A stretch of 64,000 bases of DNA from Thiothrix sp. (GCA_038141665.1 JAYQIN010000002.1:765189-829188); one strand, 5' to 3'. Positions 29,184 through 39,709 are shown, counted from the stretch's first letter. Notes: generated from the sequence alone by a model not told the origin. Numbers and translations: made by a program.

Positions 29184-31022
29184 TTATTCTAAATCTAGAA
29201 AACTTTTTAATTGTTCTGAACGACTTGGATGTCTTAGCTTTCTTAAAGCTTTAGCCTCTATTTGTCTAATTCTTTCTCTAGTGACATCAAATTGTTTTCC
29301 TACTTCTTCTAAAGTATGGTCTGTATTCATATCAATTCCAAACCTCATTCTCAGTACTTTTGCTTCTCTTGGCGTTAGTGAGCCAAGTATGCTTCTTGTA
29401 GCCTCACCAAGACTTTCATTTGCCGCTGATTCCATAGGAGTCAATATATTTGCGTCTTCAATAAAATCACCTAAATGAGAATCTTCATCATCACCTATAG
29501 GTGTTTCCATAGAAATAGGCTCTTTTGCAATTTTAAGAACTTTTCTTATTTTGTCTTCAGGCATTGCCATTTTTAATGAAAGCTCTTCTGGTGTAGGTTC
29601 TTTCCCATTCTCTTGTGTCATTTGTCGAGAGATTCTATTTAATTTATTAATTGTTTCAATCATATGAACCGGAATCCTAATAGTTCTTGCCTGATCGGCT
29701 ATAGACCTTGTAATCGCCTGCCTAATCCACCATGTTGCATAAGTTGAAAATTTGTAACCTCTTCTATATTCAAATTTATCAACAGCTTTCATAAGACCTA
29801 TATTTCCTTCTTGAATAAGATCTAAAAATTGTAATCCTCGATTTGTATATTTTTTTGCTATTGATATTACTAATCTTAAATTCGCCTCAATCATCTCTTT
29901 TTTTGCACGTTTTGATTTTGCTTCACCAATAGACATTTTTCTATTAATTTCTTTAATTTCTGAAACTTTAAGACTTGTTAACTCTTCAATTTTCAAAAGT
30001 TTTTTCTGAATTTTTTTAATCTCATCTTTATTTTTTTTGAGTTTTACGGAATATTTTGGCTTTCCCTTTAGTCTATTCTGAACCCAATCTAGATTAGCAC
30101 TATTATCTGCAAAGCTTTTTATAAATTCTCTTCTTGGCATTCCAGATGAAATTGCAATTTTAGATATTTGCTTTTCATAATCCCTAATTTTGCTAACAAC
30201 TAATTTTAAATCTTCTTTGAGTTCTGTTAGTAAAACGGGAACTATTCTAAATCTCATGAAATAATCAGCTGTTTTTTCTCTGGCTTTCAAAAGCTTTTTA
30301 GGATCTTTTTTTACTGCTGGCTGATTAGTTTTTTTAAAAAGTTTGATTAAGTCATCAAAATGTTTTTTTGCTTCTTCTGGATCAATGCCAGTATCAACTT
30401 CAACTTCTTCTTCATCATCATCATCATCGCTTTTTAAAGCGTGATCTTCAATCACATCATTATCAGCTTCAGGATCAATAAAACCATTTAATAAATCACT
30501 AAGTTTTAATCTTTCAATTTCTTCATCCTCATCTTCATCTTCTTCTGGCTGATTCATAACTAATGCGTAAGAGGTTAATAGCTTCTCAATAGTATTTGGG
30601 TAAAAAGCCAACGCATGTGTAACTTGGTTCAATCCTTCCTCAATTCTTTTAGCAATGCTTATCTCACCTTCTCTGTTAAGCAGGTTAACTGTCCCCATTT
30701 CTCTCATATACATCCTAACAGGATCAGTTGTTCTGCCAAATTCCTGGTCAACAGTAACTTATGCCTGTGCTGCCTCTTCTGCTGCATCTTCGTCAGTAGA
30801 TTGATCATCGTCATTTAAGCTTAATGTATCCTCATCGGGAGGCAATTCCTGAACCACTATCCCCATTTCTGTGATCATATTTATAATATCTTCAATTTGA
30901 TCTGAGTCTACGATGCCTTCAGGAAGATGGTCGTTAACTTCAGCATAGGTAAGGAAACCTTGCTCTTTTCCTTTGGAAATTAGCTCTTTTATTTTGGTTT
31001 GATGATTCTCGTTTATAGCCAT
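29184..31022 (-). CDS. rpoD: RNA polymerase sigma-70 RpoD, interrupted by an in-frame TAA (30759-30761) between region 1.1 and region 1.2
   Basis: ORF 30759-31022 encodes region 1.1 ([35 protein letters not shown]...) ending ...[11 protein letters not shown]. The same frame continues [24 protein letters not shown]..., then regions 2-4 ([49 protein letters not shown]). Confidence 0.9.
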
Positions 31023-31096
31023 TTATATAAAAGTATTTTCTTGAAGAATATATATGTTTTTGGGAGAGAGATTATAACATAAAATATTAATATAAC

Positions 31097-32824
31097 TTAA
31101 TAATTCTTTGATTTTGCTTCTATTTCTCTAATTTCCTCTTGCACAGAAGAATATAGCTTTAGATTCGAAGGATCAATGTCATTTAATTTGGTTTTTAAAA
31201 GATTTCTGATTGTTAAGCAAATACATGCATTAAATTCTTTCTCAGGAAAGTCAAAATTGGTAAGCGTGACTTGGCTGATTTTTTCTAATGCCACATAGGA
31301 GCTCTTATCAGATCTAAAGTTCTCAAGTATGCCACCTAGCTTAATATCCCGATTATTTTTTATTAAATCTACTATAGACTTAAGCAAAATTATCCCCTGG
31401 TTATCTTGGATGCGATTATCATTTATAAGATCTTCGTCAATATCTAAATTAGGGTTATGCATTAAAATTAATATTGCTTTTTGGAGAGGGGAATGTGTTT
31501 TATATTTTTTACTCTGAGAAGTATTAGAAAACTCATTATTAATATCAGGAGATTTATTATTTGTATATTTAGCACCTATTTTTTCTTTCAAAAATTCGTA
31601 AATAATTTCTTTTAATATTTTTGCATTCATATTTTTCAATAGTAAATCTATATTCTGTAAATATTGTGTTTTACCGGCAGCGCTTGTTAAATCAAATTCT
31701 TTAGAAAAATTTTTAAAAATGAATTCCTCAATACTAATTTTTTTATTAACATTTTCATCCCAAAGTTTTTTTCCACCTTTTTCTATTATGCTATCTGGAT
31801 CAAAACTATCTGGAAGGAAAACAAAGCTTATTGCATCACCATCTTTTATAACAGGTATAATATTTTCAACGCCCTTCCACGCAGCTTTTTGTCCTGCTTT
31901 GTCACCATCAAAACAGAATATAATCTCTCTAGTATATTTAAAGCATTGAATTAAATTTTCTTTTGTGACTGCAGTTCCAAGTGTGGCTACACAATTTTTT
32001 ACTCCCGCTTGATGCAGTTTAATGACATCCATATATCCTTCTACAATATAAATAAAATCTTTTGAATTTTTTTCTTTTTTTGCTTGATGGAGATTATATA
32101 AAACCTTTTTTTTGCTAAATAATTTAGTTTCTGGTGAGTTCATATATTTTGCAATTGGTTTATTTTTATCCTCTTTTAATATTCTTCCGCCAAATGCAAT
32201 TGTATGCCCTGTTTGGTCGTGTATTGGGAACATAATTCGATCTCTGAACTTATCGTAAGAGTTATTATTTTTCTTAACTATTAGACCAGCATCTAATAAA
32301 TTGGATTCAGTATACCTACCCTTAAGCGACTCACTAAGTGATTGAAAATCGTTTTTTGCATATCCTATGTCAAATATTTTTGCAGTCTCACCGGTAATAC
32401 TTCTTTCTTTTAAATAAGAAATTGCTTTTTCCGAATTTTTCAATTGGCTCTGATACAATTTTTTTGCATCATTCAATGTGTTTTCAAGAATTTTCTTTTC
32501 TTCAAATAATTTGTTTGCTTCCTTACTTCTTGGTATTTCCATTCCTAAGGAATTAGCAATAGTTTCGATTGCTTCAGGATAAGTTTTATTTGTATGATCC
32601 ATAACAAAGCCGATAACATTTCCGTGTGCACCACAGCCAAAGCAATGAAAAAATTTTTTACTCTCACTTACACTAAACGAAGATGTTTTTTCGTTATGAA
32701 AAGGACATCTTGCCCAATAGTCATTGCCTTTTTTTTCTAGCTTTACATAATTTCCAATTATATCTACGATGTTTGCTTTCTCTATTAAGCTATCTATGAA
32801 GTCTTTTGGGATATTTTGGGCCAT
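31097..32824 (-). CDS. dnaG: DNA primase
   Basis: 575 aa, zinc finger CPFHNEKTSSF...CFGCG, TOPRIM EGYMDV. Confidence 0.93.
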   Translation of the reverse strand: MAQNIPKDFIDSLIEKANIVDIIGNYVKLEKKGNDYWARCPFHNEKTSSFSVSESKKFFHCFGCGAHGNVIGFVMDHTNKTYPEAIETIANSLGMEIPRSKEANKLFEEKKILENTLNDAKKLYQSQLKNSEKAISYLKERSITGETAKIFDIGYAKNDFQSLSESLKGRYTESNLLDAGLIVKKNNNSYDKFRDRIMFPIHDQTGHTIAFGGRILKEDKNKPIAKYMNSPETKLFSKKKVLYNLHQAKKEKNSKDFIYIVEGYMDVIKLHQAGVKNCVATLGTAVTKENLIQCFKYTREIIFCFDGDKAGQKAAWKGVENIIPVIKDGDAISFVFLPDSFDPDSIIEKGGKKLWDENVNKKISIEEFIFKNFSKEFDLTSAAGKTQYLQNIDLLLKNMNAKILKEIIYEFLKEKIGAKYTNNKSPDINNEFSNTSQSKKYKTHSPLQKAILILMHNPNLDIDEDLINDNRIQDNQGIILLKSIVDLIKNNRDIKLGGILENFRSDKSSYVALEKISQVTLTNFDFPEKEFNACICLTIRNLLKTKLNDIDPSNLKLYSSVQEEIREIEAKSKNY

Positions 32825-32826
32825 GC

Positions 32827-35800
32827 TTATGCAGCAACACTATCTTTATTGAATAAATCTTCAATTTTGATGGCTTTAGGTTTGACTAATAAAAATTTAT
32901 TTATATAGCTATCAAAATTATCAAGTATAAATCTGCCCCATTCGCTATTTGTAAGATTCACATAATCTTCTATAGATTTTCTTAGGAAGGTAACTTGATG
33001 AAGATTCTCTTCTTTATTAATTTTTAAAGTTTCCACAAGCTCTGTATTATATTTATCTTTAAAGGTGTTGTTTTCGTCTAAAACAATTGCAAAACCACCT
33101 GACATTCCTGCTCCAAAGTTAACACCTGTTTCTCCAAGAACTATGACAGCACCATTGGTCATATATTCACATCCATGATCTCCAACCCCCTCAACTATTG
33201 CTGTGGCTCCTGAATTTCTTACAGCAAATCTTTCTCCTGCAATTCCAGCAGCATAAAGTTTTCCACCAGTTGCACCATACATGCATGTATTACCTATGAT
33301 AACTGAGTTCTTTGTCTCATAAGTTACATCTTTTGGGGGATATACAACAATCTGTCCCGCAGCCATTCCTTTGCCGACGTAGTCATTAGCATCCCCTTCT
33401 AAAGTTAAATTCAAGCCACCAGCATTCCAAACTCCAAAACTTTGTCCCGCTGTACCTTTAAAATGGATATTTATTGGGTTCTTAGACATTCCATAATTTC
33501 CGTGAAGGCTAGCTATGTAGCCTGATATGCTAGCTCCAACTGATCTATCAGTATTTTTAATAGAATAATTAAAGTTTCCACCAGATTTACTTTGAATTGC
33601 ATCTTTAGTCTCTTCATTAATTTTCTTAGATAGTTCTGCTTTGTCCCAAGGAATATTGCTTTCTAATTCACATGTATGAGAGATATTTTCATCAACATTG
33701 GCATCTGAAATAATTGGATCAATGATTAAATTTTTTAATTTACCATTTTCAAATTTTTTAACTTCAAGAATGTTTGTTTTTCCAATAATATCTGACAACT
33801 TTTTATATCCTAGATTTGCTAATAAGATTCTAGTTTCTTCAGCTATAAATCTAAAATAATTCATCACCATTTCATCTTTACCAATAAAATGATATTTTCT
33901 TAAAACTTGATTTTGAGTCGCAACACCAGTGGCGCAATTATTCAAATGACAAATTCTTAAATATTTGCAGCCCATTGCGATCATTGGTCCTGTTCCGAAA
34001 CCAAAACTTTCAGCTCCTAAAATTGCTGCTTTAACAACATCAATACCAGTTTTTAATCCACCATCTGCTTGTAATCTTACATTTCTTCTTAAGTTATTGG
34101 CTCTTAGTGTTTGGTGAGTTTCTGATAGACCCATTTCCCAAGGTCCGCCAGCATATTTAATACTGGACAGCGGACTCGCTGCAGTTCCTCCATCATAACC
34201 GGATATTGTAATAAAATCTGCATAAGCTTTTGCTACCCCAGCAGCTATAGTTCCAACCCCTGCTTCTGCAACTAATTTAACAGATACAAAAGCTTTTGGA
34301 TTGACCTGTTTTAGGTCAAAAATTAATTGCGCCAAATCTTCTATCGAATATATATCATGATGTGGAGGCGGTGAAATTAGTGTTATGCCAGGATTTGCAT
34401 ATCTTAAAGTAGCAATTAGCTTGTCAACTTTGTCACCGGGAAGCTGTCCTCCTTCACCTGGTTTTGCGCCTTGGGCAATTTTTATTTGAATAACTTCTGC
34501 ATTAACTAAGTAATGAGGAGTGACTCCAAATCTTCCTGATGCTACTTGTTTTATTTTTGAGTTTTTATCTGTGTTAAATCTTTTTTGATCTTCTCCACCC
34601 TCGCCTGAATTAGATCTTCCTCCCATTTTGTTCATAGCTTGAGCTAAAGTTTCGTGAGCATCAGGAGATAGAGCTCCTAAAGACATCCCGGCAGAGTCGA
34701 ATCTTAAAAGTATATTTTCTATTGGCTCGACATCATCTAGTGGAATTGGTTTTCTTGAGCTATTGAAGTCCAGCATGTCTCTAATCACCATTTTCTCTCT
34801 AGAGTGAACTATGTCGCTATATTTTTTATAATCTTCGTAGTCACCACTTTTTACAGCATCTTGAAGTGTTTTCACGACATCAGGATTATAGGCATGAAAC
34901 TCTTCACCATGAACGTATTTTAAAAGACCGCCTTGTTTAATATTCTTTCTTTCACTCCAAGTATTTTTGGCAAGTTTAATTTGATCAATTTGTAAATCAT
35001 TAAATGTTGTTCCTGATAATCTATTAGTAGTATCACAAAAACATAAATCAACTACTTCTTGATTTAATCCAACACATTCAAATAACTGTGATCCTCTATA
35101 ACTTGAAATAGTGGATATTCCCATCTTTGATAGAATTTTATAAAGGCCTTTGTTTATGCCCTGTCTATAATTTCTAGTTGCTTTGAAAAATTCTGAATTG
35201 TCATCAGATTTTTCAATAATCATACTATTTAAGGATTGATAGGCCAAATATGGATAAATTGCAGTTGCACCATATCCAATCAATGTGGCGCAATGATGAG
35301 AGTCTCGAGCTGTCGCTGTTTCTACAATAATGTTTACACTTGTTCTGAGACCACTTTTAATTAAAGCATGATGAACAGCGCCGGTAGCAAGGAGAGCATG
35401 AATTGGTAACTTTCCTTTTTTAATATTTTTATCACTTAAAATAATAAATACTTTATTATTTTTTGCGGCATCAATTGCTTTTTTTGTCAAATTTGTTATT
35501 GCTTTTTCAAGTTCTATTTTTTCATCAAAGTTTAGATCCAGAATTACAAATGTGAATTTCTTATTCTTTAGTTCCTGTAATTGTTTGAATTTTCTATATG
35601 ATAATATAGGAGATTCAATAGTCAGTCTGTGTGCATGTTTCGAGCCCTCCTCAAAGACGTTTAAATCTGGTCCGAGGTAAGTTTCTAAAGACATAACATT
35701 ACTTTCCCTTATTGGGTCTATAGGTGGATTTGTTACTTGAGCAAACTGTTGTCTGAAATAATCATATATTGACCTAATTTCATTTGATAAAACAGGAAAA

Positions 35801-37299
35801 GGAGTATCGTCACCCATAGAGCCAATAGCTTCCTGACTAAGATTTGAAAGTGGTTTCAATATTTGATCTTTCTCTTCATAAGTAACATTAAACATTTTTT
35901 CATATTGCTTAATTTTAGAATCATTAAAAAATTCTACTTCAGGGAATTTGTCGGGAATAATTTTTCGCATTGATTCTGCCCCAGTGTCCATCCATTCTTT
36001 GTAGGGGCATCTTTTTTTAAGAATATTGTCAATGTCATGTGAATATAAAATTTCTCCTTCTTCAGTATCTACAGCAATAATCTGACCAGGGCCAAGCTTT
36101 CCCTTTTCAATAATATCTCTTTCATCGTATTCATAGACTCCAATTTCAGAAGCTACAGTTATATGCCTATCATTAGTTATTACATACCTTGCAGGCCTTA
36201 AGCCGTTTCTATCAGTTACACAAGCTGCAAATCTCCCATCAGTTAAAACTATACCTGCTGGCCCATCCCATGACTCCATATGCTTTGCATTATATTCATA
36301 GAACGCTTTAAGATCTGAATCACTTTCAGGAATACTTTTCCATGCTGGCGGAATTAGAAGTTTAATAGCTTTAAATAAATTAATTCCTCCAACAACTAAA
36401 ACTTCAAGCATGTTATCGAGACTTTTTGAGTCTGACCCATTCATAGAAACAAGAGGTTTCAGATCAGCTAATTCTGGTATTTTAGAAGTTTTAAAAATGC
36501 TGGATCTTGCCTGAGACCAATTTCTATTGGCTCTTATAGTATTAATTTCTCCATTATGCGCTAACATTCTGAATGGCTGTGCAAGGCTCCATTGAGGCGT
36601 TGTATTTGTTGAAAATCTTTGATGAAAAACACATAGAGAAGTTTCAAGTTTTTTATTAGATAGGTCTAAATAAAATTTAGCAAGATGTTTTGGCATTATC
36701 ATGCCCTTATACAATATAACTTTAGAAGATAAACTTGTGATATAAAAAATATCATCATCTGTTTTAGAAATTAATATCTCTATTTTTCTTCTTATAATAA
36801 GTAATTTAGATTCAATATCTCTACTATTAATTTTCTCTGAGGGATTAATGAATGCTTGGCTAATATAAGGTAGAGTTTTTAATGCGTCCTCACCACAAAT
36901 CTTTTCATCGGTTGGAACATCTCTCCAGCCAGCTAAAATAAAATCATGTTCTTTTACCACTTCTTCAACAATTTTCATTGAAGATTTTCTTTTCTTTATA
37001 TCAGTATTTAGAAAAAACATTCCAATAGCAAAATTTTTTGCAACATTAATTTTTTGTTCATTTGCTATAGACCTGAAGAAGAATTCTGGAATTTTAAACA
37101 ATATTCCACAACCATCTCCAGAGGTTCCATCAGCTCCGACGGCGCCTCTATGAGCAAGCCTTTCGAGAGCAGTGATAGCTGTATCAATTAACCAGTGACT
37201 TGGTTTATCATCAATGTTTGAAATTAAACCAAATCCACAGCTGTCTTTTTCAAAGCTTTTATCATATAGACCAGTAATTTCTTTAGTTTTATCTACCAT
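32827..37299 (-). CDS. gltB: glutamate synthase (NADPH) large subunit
   Basis: 1490 aa, N-terminal Ntn Cys (DSCGFG), FMN and 3Fe-4S domains, C-terminal GXGXG beta-helix domain. Confidence 0.95.
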   Translation of the reverse strand: MVDKTKEITGLYDKSFEKDSCGFGLISNIDDKPSHWLIDTAITALERLAHRGAVGADGTSGDGCGILFKIPEFFFRSIANEQKINVAKNFAIGMFFLNTDIKKRKSSMKIVEEVVKEHDFILAGWRDVPTDEKICGEDALKTLPYISQAFINPSEKINSRDIESKLLIIRRKIEILISKTDDDIFYITSLSSKVILYKGMIMPKHLAKFYLDLSNKKLETSLCVFHQRFSTNTTPQWSLAQPFRMLAHNGEINTIRANRNWSQARSSIFKTSKIPELADLKPLVSMNGSDSKSLDNMLEVLVVGGINLFKAIKLLIPPAWKSIPESDSDLKAFYEYNAKHMESWDGPAGIVLTDGRFAACVTDRNGLRPARYVITNDRHITVASEIGVYEYDERDIIEKGKLGPGQIIAVDTEEGEILYSHDIDNILKKRCPYKEWMDTGAESMRKIIPDKFPEVEFFNDSKIKQYEKMFNVTYEEKDQILKPLSNLSQEAIGSMGDDTPFPVLSNEIRSIYDYFRQQFAQVTNPPIDPIRESNVMSLETYLGPDLNVFEEGSKHAHRLTIESPILSYRKFKQLQELKNKKFTFVILDLNFDEKIELEKAITNLTKKAIDAAKNNKVFIILSDKNIKKGKLPIHALLATGAVHHALIKSGLRTSVNIIVETATARDSHHCATLIGYGATAIYPYLAYQSLNSMIIEKSDDNSEFFKATRNYRQGINKGLYKILSKMGISTISSYRGSQLFECVGLNQEVVDLCFCDTTNRLSGTTFNDLQIDQIKLAKNTWSERKNIKQGGLLKYVHGEEFHAYNPDVVKTLQDAVKSGDYEDYKKYSDIVHSREKMVIRDMLDFNSSRKPIPLDDVEPIENILLRFDSAGMSLGALSPDAHETLAQAMNKMGGRSNSGEGGEDQKRFNTDKNSKIKQVASGRFGVTPHYLVNAEVIQIKIAQGAKPGEGGQLPGDKVDKLIATLRYANPGITLISPPPHHDIYSIEDLAQLIFDLKQVNPKAFVSVKLVAEAGVGTIAAGVAKAYADFITISGYDGGTAASPLSSIKYAGGPWEMGLSETHQTLRANNLRRNVRLQADGGLKTGIDVVKAAILGAESFGFGTGPMIAMGCKYLRICHLNNCATGVATQNQVLRKYHFIGKDEMVMNYFRFIAEETRILLANLGYKKLSDIIGKTNILEVKKFENGKLKNLIIDPIISDANVDENISHTCELESNIPWDKAELSKKINEETKDAIQSKSGGNFNYSIKNTDRSVGASISGYIASLHGNYGMSKNPINIHFKGTAGQSFGVWNAGGLNLTLEGDANDYVGKGMAAGQIVVYPPKDVTYETKNSVIIGNTCMYGATGGKLYAAGIAGERFAVRNSGATAIVEGVGDHGCEYMTNGAVIVLGETGVNFGAGMSGGFAIVLDENNTFKDKYNTELVETLKINKEENLHQVTFLRKSIEDYVNLTNSEWGRFILDNFDSYINKFLLVKPKAIKIEDLFNKDSVAA

Positions 37300-37328
37300 A
37301 TCTTAATAAGTCCAGTTAAATGAGCTTA

Positions 37329-37420
37329 CCAGAGTTTGATGATGTCTCACCAAACTCTAGATTTAAAGTTTGGTGCGTTCCTTCGGCTTTATGCCTACTT
37401 CCGTCCTACAAGGATGAACG
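37329..37420 (-). promoter_or_regulatory. glutamine-I (glnA RNA motif)-like riboswitch aptamer plus expression platform in the gltB leader
   Basis: The minus-strand RNA is CGUUCAUCCUUGUAGGACGGAAGUAGGCAUAAAGCCGAAGGAACGCACC (37420 to 37372). It has P1 CGUUC/GAACG, two hairpins and the conserved GGACGGAAGUAGG and GAAGGAACGC strings. It is followed by three mutually exclusive pairing segments. A paralog lies upstream of gltD. Confidence 0.7.
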
Positions 37421-37429
37421 TACATTTAT

Positions 37430-37458
37430 ATTATATGGCTAGGAGCTTATTCGTTCAA
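37430..37458 (-). promoter_or_regulatory. sigma-70 promoter of gltB leader
   Basis: Minus strand TTGAAC (37458-37453), 17-nt spacer, TATAAT (37435-37430), 9 nt before the aptamer P1. Confidence 0.65.
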
Positions 37459-37506
37459 TACATATTAGATATTAATATGTTGAATAAAATCTATATGTTA
37501 AAACAT

Positions 37507-38649
37507 CTAATTAGTCAGCTTTTTATGTTCTTGTTGTGCAAATCTATCTGTCATACCTGCAATATAGTCACATATAACTCTTTCTTTAAAGCCAGAATTA
37601 ATTTTGTTTAGATTGTAGTTATAGAAATCTTTTGGCAGTAAAGTTATGTCGTTGCTATAGGCTGAAAAAAGATCTTTAATGATCGTATTAGCCTCTTCTG
37701 TCATTTTTACAACATCTGGATGTTTATAGAGATTTGCATAAAGAAACCTTTTTAATTTTATGTTCATTTCTTTAACTTCCTTTGAAAAACTTACAATCAA
37801 TTCACTGTGATTTCTAACGTCTTCATATTTTTTTATTAAGCCATTTTCAATATTTGTTTTTGTATTATTTATTAAATCAGTTACTAGTAAATTTATAATT
37901 AATCTAACTGTTTCATTTACAATTTTAGAACCAGAGAGTTTAGGGAATTTGTTTAAAACTAATCTCATTTGATTATAAAATAAAGGTATATCTTCAAGCT
38001 GTTCTATGAAAATTTTTTTTGCCTTTATTCCATCTTGTATATCATGATTGTTGTATGCTATTTCATCACATACATTTGTTAGTTGAGCTTCAAGAGAGGC
38101 TTGTTTTTTTTTAAGAAATCTTTTTCCGACATCGCCAATCTTCTGCGCTCTAGTAAGAGAGCACTTTTTAAGTAAGCCTTCTCTAGTTTCAAAGCATAGA
38201 TTTAAGCCAGGAAAATTAGCGTATCTATTTTCCAGTTTATCAATAATCCTTAAAGATTGAATATTATGTTCGAACCCACCATAATCTTTCATACAAATAT
38301 TTAGAATATCTTGTCCTGCATGACCAAACGGAGTATGACCAAGATCGTGTGCTAATGATATGGCTTCTGTTAAATCTTCATTAATTCTTAAAGCTCTAGA
38401 AGCAGCTCTAGCTATTTGAGCAACCTCTATTGTATGAGTTAATCTTGTCCTATACATGTCTCCTTCATGATTAACAAAAACTTGAGTTTTATATTCTAAC
38501 CTTCTAAATGCAGTTGAATGTATGATTCTTTCTCGGTCCCTCTGGAATTCTGATCTGTATTTGGGATTTTCTTCCGGATACTTTCTTCCAATAGTATCAC
38601 TTGATTTTAGTGCATATGGAGCTAGGTTATATTCAGAATCATTTGACAT
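37507..38649 (-). CDS. dgt: dGTPase-like triphosphohydrolase (HD domain)
   Basis: 380 aa, FQRDRERIIHSTAFRRLEYKTQV, HD motif LAHDLGHTPFGH. Confidence 0.88.
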   Translation of the reverse strand: MSNDSEYNLAPYALKSSDTIGRKYPEENPKYRSEFQRDRERIIHSTAFRRLEYKTQVFVNHEGDMYRTRLTHTIEVAQIARAASRALRINEDLTEAISLAHDLGHTPFGHAGQDILNICMKDYGGFEHNIQSLRIIDKLENRYANFPGLNLCFETREGLLKKCSLTRAQKIGDVGKRFLKKKQASLEAQLTNVCDEIAYNNHDIQDGIKAKKIFIEQLEDIPLFYNQMRLVLNKFPKLSGSKIVNETVRLIINLLVTDLINNTKTNIENGLIKKYEDVRNHSELIVSFSKEVKEMNIKLKRFLYANLYKHPDVVKMTEEANTIIKDLFSAYSNDITLLPKDFYNYNLNKINSGFKERVICDYIAGMTDRFAQQEHKKLTN

Positions 38650-39709
38650 GGTCTTTTAATGATTTAATGATTACGCTTTTGTTAATTTTATCTGTGATAT
38701 AAGCTGAGCCAATTTTATTTGGAAGGACATAAACCATTTTATTATTTTTAACTTTTTTATCTAATAGCATGATTTTGAATAACTTTTCCACATTTGTATT
38801 TTTTGGTAATTCTGTCGGGAGGTTAAACATTTTTAAAAGTAATTTTATTTGATTGTATTCTAATTGGCTCATTGTATTGTTATGTATCGCGACTGATGAA
38901 GCAATAAGAAATCCGCATGCGATGGCTTCTCCATGAAGCCATTTTCCATATCCTAAATAGTTTTCAATCGCATGTCCAAAAGTATGCCCGAGGTTTAATA
39001 GGGCTCTAACATTTTTTTCTTTCTCGTCTTGAGCAACTATTTTTGCTTTAATTTCGCAAGATTTTTTAATAATTTTGATTAGGCTCTCAGAATCCTGGTT
39101 TTTAATTTTCTCAGTATTTTTTACAATCCAATTGAAGAAACCTTTATCTTTTATGATTCCGTATTTTATAACTTCTGACATGCCCGCATTAAATTGTCTT
39201 TTAGATAATGTTTTCAAAACTTCAGTGTCAATAATAACAGCAATGGGTTGATGAAAAGCACCGATCATATTTTTTCCTAAAGGGTGGTTAATGCCGGTTT
39301 TACCACCCACAGAGGAGTCTACCATTGATAATAATGTTGTCGGTATTTGAATAAAATCAATTCCTCTTTGATATGTGGCTGCAGCATAACCGGTCATGTC
39401 GCCAATTACACCACCACCAAATGCCACAAGACATGCGTCTCTAGAATATTTATTTTTTAATAAATGGCCATATATTTTTGAAATACTTTCTTGATTTTTA
39501 TATTTTTCGCCATCGCTTATTAAAATCTGATTTTTTTTAAATAAGGTACTTTTTATTTTAGATATATGTAGTCCTTTTATCTTTCTATTGCTAATCAAGG
39601 CAAAATCTTTTTGTTTAAAATTTTTGTATATACTTTTATTTGATAAAATATTTTTCCCAATAAAAATTGGATAAGATCTTTTTCCTAGCTTAACTATTAT
39701 TTTTTTCAT
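38639..39709 (-). CDS. aroB: 3-dehydroquinate synthase
   Basis: 356 aa, GGGVIGDMTGYAAATYQRGI, LNLGHTFGHAIE, HGEAIA motifs. Confidence 0.93.
   Translation of the reverse strand: MKKIIVKLGKRSYPIFIGKNILSNKSIYKNFKQKDFALISNRKIKGLHISKIKSTLFKKNQILISDGEKYKNQESISKIYGHLLKNKYSRDACLVAFGGGVIGDMTGYAAATYQRGIDFIQIPTTLLSMVDSSVGGKTGINHPLGKNMIGAFHQPIAVIIDTEVLKTLSKRQFNAGMSEVIKYGIIKDKGFFNWIVKNTEKIKNQDSESLIKIIKKSCEIKAKIVAQDEKEKNVRALLNLGHTFGHAIENYLGYGKWLHGEAIACGFLIASSVAIHNNTMSQLEYNQIKLLLKMFNLPTELPKNTNVEKLFKIMLLDKKVKNNKMVYVLPNKIGSAYITDKINKSVIIKSLKDHVK

Noticed and set aside
30759-30761. Idea that TAA is reassigned to a sense codon (because of the in-frame TAA in rpoD and, apparently, xthA).
   Set aside because: The great majority of genes in the window end at TAA at exactly the expected protein length (for example hisB, def, topA, hemB, aprA). 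The xthA case resolves into an indel pair. Reassignment is not supported.
37336-37611. 91-aa plus-strand ORF covering the gltB leader and the end of dgt.
   Set aside because: It overlaps the riboswitch-like element and the 3' end of dgt on the opposite strand. The composition is typical of a random AT-rich ORF. The conserved RNA on the other strand explains the sequence better.
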